Source: the human T2T-CHM13v2.0 reference genome, Homo sapiens. Taken from it: a DNA stretch of 64,000 nucleotides. The stretch lies in the NCBI RefSeq assembly GCF_009914755.1, contig NC_060925.1; one strand, given 5' to 3'. The position numbers and the translations under genes were made by a program. The notes under the pieces were generated by a model, which saw nothing but the letters and a program-made list of their open reading frames with translations, searched no databases and was not told the DNA's origin. The stretch's first letter is position 1. Each line of letters opens with the position of its first letter. Positions 58,294-64,000 of this stretch are shown piece after piece.

Positions 58294-59641
58294 TGTCTCT
58301 ACAAAGCATTTCTGCCACACTTAATTCACCATTCCCTGAACAAAATGTGCCATCTTCATTGTTCAGGTCTGTATAGTGCTGGTTTCCCTGCCTGGGCAGC
58401 TCACTCCATCCCATCCCAGCCCAATCCCCATCCCTCCACCTCCCCCTTCCCTCCCCACTCTCATACAACTCTTCCTTATCTTACAGGACTTGGCTTCAAT
58501 GTCACCTTAACTGGAAGCTTCTCTCCCTCTCCAGAAGAGCTTCCGATTGCACTTGATGCATGCACTATTATTTGATCATTTTTGAGTTACAGTCCAAGTC
58601 TTTTTGTACCTGAATAACATGTTGCCCAGTCAGTTTCTCTTCCTGGATTCAGAAGTCTTTCATGGTAGGTCCAGCTAGAAGTGACAAAAAGACATTTAAA
58701 AAAAAAAAAAGAGGGATGACACAGACAGACATCAGCACTTAAAAGTTTTAAACGATATGTGAAAAACAAAATTTAAGGGCTTCTAGGAGAAATGTAGGAG
58801 GGAAGGTGTTACTGGGAAATATGATAGAAGGTTAATTTTTATTTTATTTTATTTTTAGAGAAAGGGTCTTGCTCTATCACCTAGGCTGGACTGCAGTGGT
58901 GCAATCACAGTTAACTGCAGCCTCAACCTCCAGGGCTTGAGCAATATTCCCATCTAATTTTTATTTTGTTTAAGAAATGCAGTCTTGCTCTTAGCAAAGC
59001 TAAAGTGCAATGGTGTGATCATAGCTTACTGCAGCCTCAACCTTCTAGACTCAAGTGATCCTCCAGTCTTAGCCTCCCCAGTAGCTCGGACTACAGGTGT
59101 GCACTGCAACGTGTAGCTCATTTTTTTTTTTTAATTTTTAGTAGAGACAAAGTGTCACTATGTTGACCAGGTTGGTGGTGATCTCCTACACTCAGGCAGT
59201 TCTCTCACCTCAGCCTTCCAAAATGCTGGGATTACAGGTGTGAGCTGCCACACCTGGCTGAGGGGGTTAATTTTTAATTATATAAAGAGCTCAAAGCAAA
59301 TATTAGAAGGAGCCTAAATGCCTCCAGCAGTTGACTGGTACTGGTAAATTGTGATACATCCATATAATAAAATATTATGCAACCATAAAAAGGATTAAGA
59401 TAGATCAATAGGTATTGGCACAAATGTCCACGAAATATGAAAATATGAAGTGATGTTCAATCACCATGTACGTATCTTGAAGGATATGGCCCATTTTCTC
59501 AACTGCAATTATTTCCTGAGATAAGATTATGGGTCTAAAGAGTGAAGGACATTTTTCACTTATTTAAAAGTATTTATCATTTTTATAATTTAATAAAAGA
59601 TTAAACAGATCATTGAATTAGTAAAAGACAAAGTAACTCTA

Positions 59642-59755
<114 letters not shown>

Positions 59756-60113
59756 CTAAGAAACAAAGCAAGACCTCCTCTCTAGTAAAAATAAAAAAAT
59801 AAAAATAATTGGCCAGGCATAGTGGCATGTGCCTATAGTCCCAACTACTGAGGTGGAAGGATCACCTGAGCCTAGGAGGTCAAGGCTGCAGTGAGTTGAG
59901 ACTGTGCCACTACACTGAAGCCTAGGAGACAGAGCGAGACTTCATCTCAAAAAAAAAAAAGGACAATAAAGAAATAAAGCTAATAAGCTAACATAAGGAA
60001 AGATAAAATATGTGACAAATAGGCTGGGCACATGGCTCACAGCTGTAATCAAGCACTTTGGGAGGCCAAGGCGGGTAGATCACGAGATCAGGAGTTCGAG
60101 ACCAGCCTGATCA

Positions 60114-60370
<257 letters not shown>

Positions 60371-60763
60371 TTAAATTATAATACCTGTGTGGGCGAAGGT
60401 GCAGTGAAATGGCCATTTTCTTGTAGTATTAGTGGTGTTTAAAATGTATATAAGCCTTCCAGCATAAAGCTTGGAAATTTTTTTTAAATCATACAGACAG
60501 TGACTCATTATACTGCCTCCTCCAACTCCTGGCCTCAAGCAATCCTCCCACCTCAGCCTCCCAAAGTGCTGGAATTACAGGCTGACAGCCACCATGCCTG
60601 AAAGCTTTGCAATTTACATCGAGGGTAATAAGAATGCTCATGCCCTGTGACTCACAGTAATCTCACTTCTGGAAATTTCACCTTTGGATATAATTCAACC
60701 TAAACAAAAGGTCATATGCACAAACACAGTGAAAATCTGCGAGTAATTTTTTTCTCTTTTTTT

Positions 60764-60869
60764 AAAAAAATATGGAATGCTTCACAAATTTGCATGTCAT
60801 TCTTTCACAGAGGCCGTGCCAATCTCTCTATTGTTCCAACTAAAGTATGTGTGCTACTGAGGCAAGCAT
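60764..60869 (-). pseudogene. RNU6: U6 snRNA retropseudogene
   Basis: Reverse complement of near full-length diverged U6 (aaaatatggaatgcttcacaaatttgcatgtcat...gtgctactgaggcaagca). Poly(A) follows on the minus strand; TSD GAGTAATTT at 60741 and 60870. Confidence 0.92.
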
Positions 60870-61114
60870 GAGTAATTTAAGATGGAGTGGTTAAGTGACA
60901 TAAGGAAGAATTATGGAGAATTTAAAAATCTATGCTATTTATAGGCACCTAGTAACAGCTCAGTAAATATTAGCTCCTACTATTATTATTTTTATGGTAA
61001 TTTCACTCAATTAAAAACTGTCATTAAAAATTACCATTGTCATGGAACATAATGTCTCCTACTGTGTAATTGTAGAAACAGATACAATTTGTCCCTTGGT
61101 ATATGGGGGGATTA

Positions 61115-61437
<323 letters not shown>

Positions 61438-61699
61438 CTATCTAATCCAATTAATGCTGGAATTGGGAACAGCAGAAGTGTCATCTCAGAGCTACTCACA
61501 ATGAAAGGTGATGTCTGGGGCTCAGGTGTGTTGAGGTCCCCATGCCTGGACTATGGGTGCTGAGTGGGATTTACTTGTCCATCCATTTTCTATATTCCAG
61601 CACTGGGAAACTAGGGACAGTACTTGTTCTCAAGGGAATCTTCAGCTTAGGTGGCTCTGTAAAAGAGAAATTACATCATTGAAAAATCGTCGCAGGTCA

Positions 61700-61819
<120 letters not shown>

Positions 61820-61822
61820 TTA

Positions 61823-62041
<219 letters not shown>

Positions 62042-62356
62042 TCACTCTGTCCAGCCTTGACTAATCAAAAGGGCCTTCTGGTTACAGAAGAGGTATGCTC
62101 TTTTGTAGGACAGGGAGAGACCAGCAAGCTTGTTCACAGACTTTTCCTCATCCTCTGCTTAGTTTTCCAAGAACCCTCACAGTGGAAATGGAGTCTCTGG
62201 GAAAATGACCTAAATCTTTGGGTTACCAGGGGAGAAATATGCCTCCTTTGTCAATTAATAAATGGAACATCTGCCTTAAAATCCAGGGAGTTCTGCTAGA
62301 ATGAATCACTCCCTAAGACCCTGACCAATGCATGGAACATGAAAAACTGAAGTTTA

Positions 62357-62581
62357 ACTGGGCGCGGTGGATCACGCCTGTAATCCCAGCACTTTGGGAG
62401 GCTGAGGCGGGCGGATCACCTGAGGTCAAAAGTTCTAGATCAGCCTGGCCAACATGGTGAAACCCCGTCTCTACTAAAAATACAAAAATTAGTTGGGCAT
62501 GGTGGTGGACACCTGTAATCCCAGCTACTTGGGAGGCTGAGGCAGGAAAATCGCTTGAACCCGGAAGGCGGAGGTTGCAGT
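62357..62581 (+). mobile_element. 3'-truncated AluS
   Basis: Alu consensus stops abruptly at 'ggaggttgcagt' with no tail. Confidence 0.85.
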
Positions 62582-64000
62582 TACTTCTAGAAGAATTTCC
62601 ATTAGCCCTTTGAAATCCTTCAACATTCATGAAGGCCAAAGAGTTTTCACCTAATTTAATCTGATGGGTATGTGACCAGAGTCTTTCTAGGGAATAGAGA
62701 CTCCCAAACAGTTCGACTGGGAAGTGAGGAGAGAATTTATTACTCAAAACCAAAGGGAAATGAAAAGAGGCCAACATAGAATGTCATTATTCTTTCTTGG
62801 CGGGGAATGGATTCCAGAGTCATTCTGTGACCTTTACATGACCTCCTTATTAGCATCTAAAAGCTTCCAGTGTAGGATGCAGCCAGCTAGGTTCTCTTCT
62901 AATGTAATAAAATTTGCTTCGGCAAATCTTATGCAGAGCCATCTCCAGGCTCCAGAAACAATAGGCTATAAATTACTGGATCTCCCATTTGATACAATGA
63001 AGTATGAGCACGGTCCTGAATGACTCCTCTACATACTACTCTGGGTGGCTTGAAGTGAATTTGATACAAGAACTGGAGCGAGGGCAAAGCAGAGCTAGAT
63101 CTAGGATTAATGTGCTTGGGCCCAGCTCCTCACTACTCACCTATGAGTCTAGTTCCAGAACCCAAGTAGAGGATGGGGAAACAAGGCTCCTGACTTTTTT
63201 TCCCTAATATCTGCATCTCTTTCACATTTCTTATCTCCTTGCAAAGAAACTAAACAGTCTCAACTGAAATAACTAAATGATTAAACCCTATACAGAGAAT
63301 CTCCAAAGACTGACAAAATATCATTCAAGACTGTTACACAGACAACCTTGAGGATGACTTGATGTACCAGTGATCTACAATATTTGGGATCATTCCAAAT
63401 TCCCATCAAGGATCTGCCTATATCAACAAAGGAGCCAAGGACCAACCATTCAAATGGGCCCTGCTGCCAAGCCTTTTTTTTTTTTTTTAACAATGCCATC
63501 TCTTCATATTGTTCCATTTAACAAAACTGCAGCCCTTCATCTATCCTTAAGTCCCTTGGCCAATGGTACAGAGCCAGAGTATGCTACTCCCTAGCAGGAA
63601 ATCAACAGGATGACCTACTAAACACCATTCAGAAGATGCTAAGACCCATGAATTGCAACAGGAAAGAAAAGACAGAGAATTAGTCAGACAGGTACATGCT
63701 GTGCCAAAAATGCACTACAGCCCCCACCCAATTCTGCCTAATCCTAGCTGGGCTGACACCAACCTGATGAGACAGGCCTATAAGATCTCAAACTAAAACA
63801 GAAACTCCTGAACTGGGTTCTTTTGAGCCCAGGAAGCAGCAGTAAATCATTAAAGAACAGATAAGTTCTTAAGGTGAGGGAGAGTTTCAGATAAATGGAA
63901 TGCTGGTAGAACACAGGGCCCAAAGGAGCAAAAGTTAACCTAAGCCCAGGTAGAACCTTGTTTACTAGAGTATTAGGCATGGGTTTGGGCAACTATTCTA

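Noticed and set aside
61450-61510. Faint similarity to calmodulin EF-hand 2 (gggaacagcagaagtgtcatctcagagctactcacaatg)
   Set aside because: Too weak to support by eye, although its position after the paralogous Alu half is suggestive; needs a sensitive alignment.

Overview
Primate (almost certainly human) repeat-rich DNA of the subtelomeric/segmental-duplication type, with no intact protein-coding gene. 1-20 kb is mostly interspersed repeats: a full-length THE1 MaLR with 5-bp TSD, MLT1/MST LTRs, L1/L2 remnants, a very young AluYa5 and a perfect 100-bp palindrome. 20-28.4 kb holds the terminal exon and 3' UTR of a duplicated SEPTIN14 fragment (- strand) and a rearranged processed CIC (capicua, short isoform) pseudogene (+ strand). 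28.5-32.3 kb is a degenerate GC-rich ~32-bp tandem repeat containing a ~280-bp-arm inverted repeat with a 48/49-bp VNTR as its loop. 32.1-43.2 kb is a young ~3.4-kb tandem array (3.3 copies), and each full unit carries a decayed calmodulin (CALM2-like) retrocopy. 43-62 kb is an Alu-dense set of older, diverged paralogues of these blocks, with a MER11 LTR and a U6 retrocopy whose empty sites lie elsewhere in the window. Best lead: canonical minus-strand splice sites join an inverted piece of the CIC pseudogene in frame to the SEPTIN14 C-terminal exon and a further exon, predicting a 211-aa chimeric ORF. Repeat subfamily names and gene identities come from my recall of consensus sequences, not from a search.
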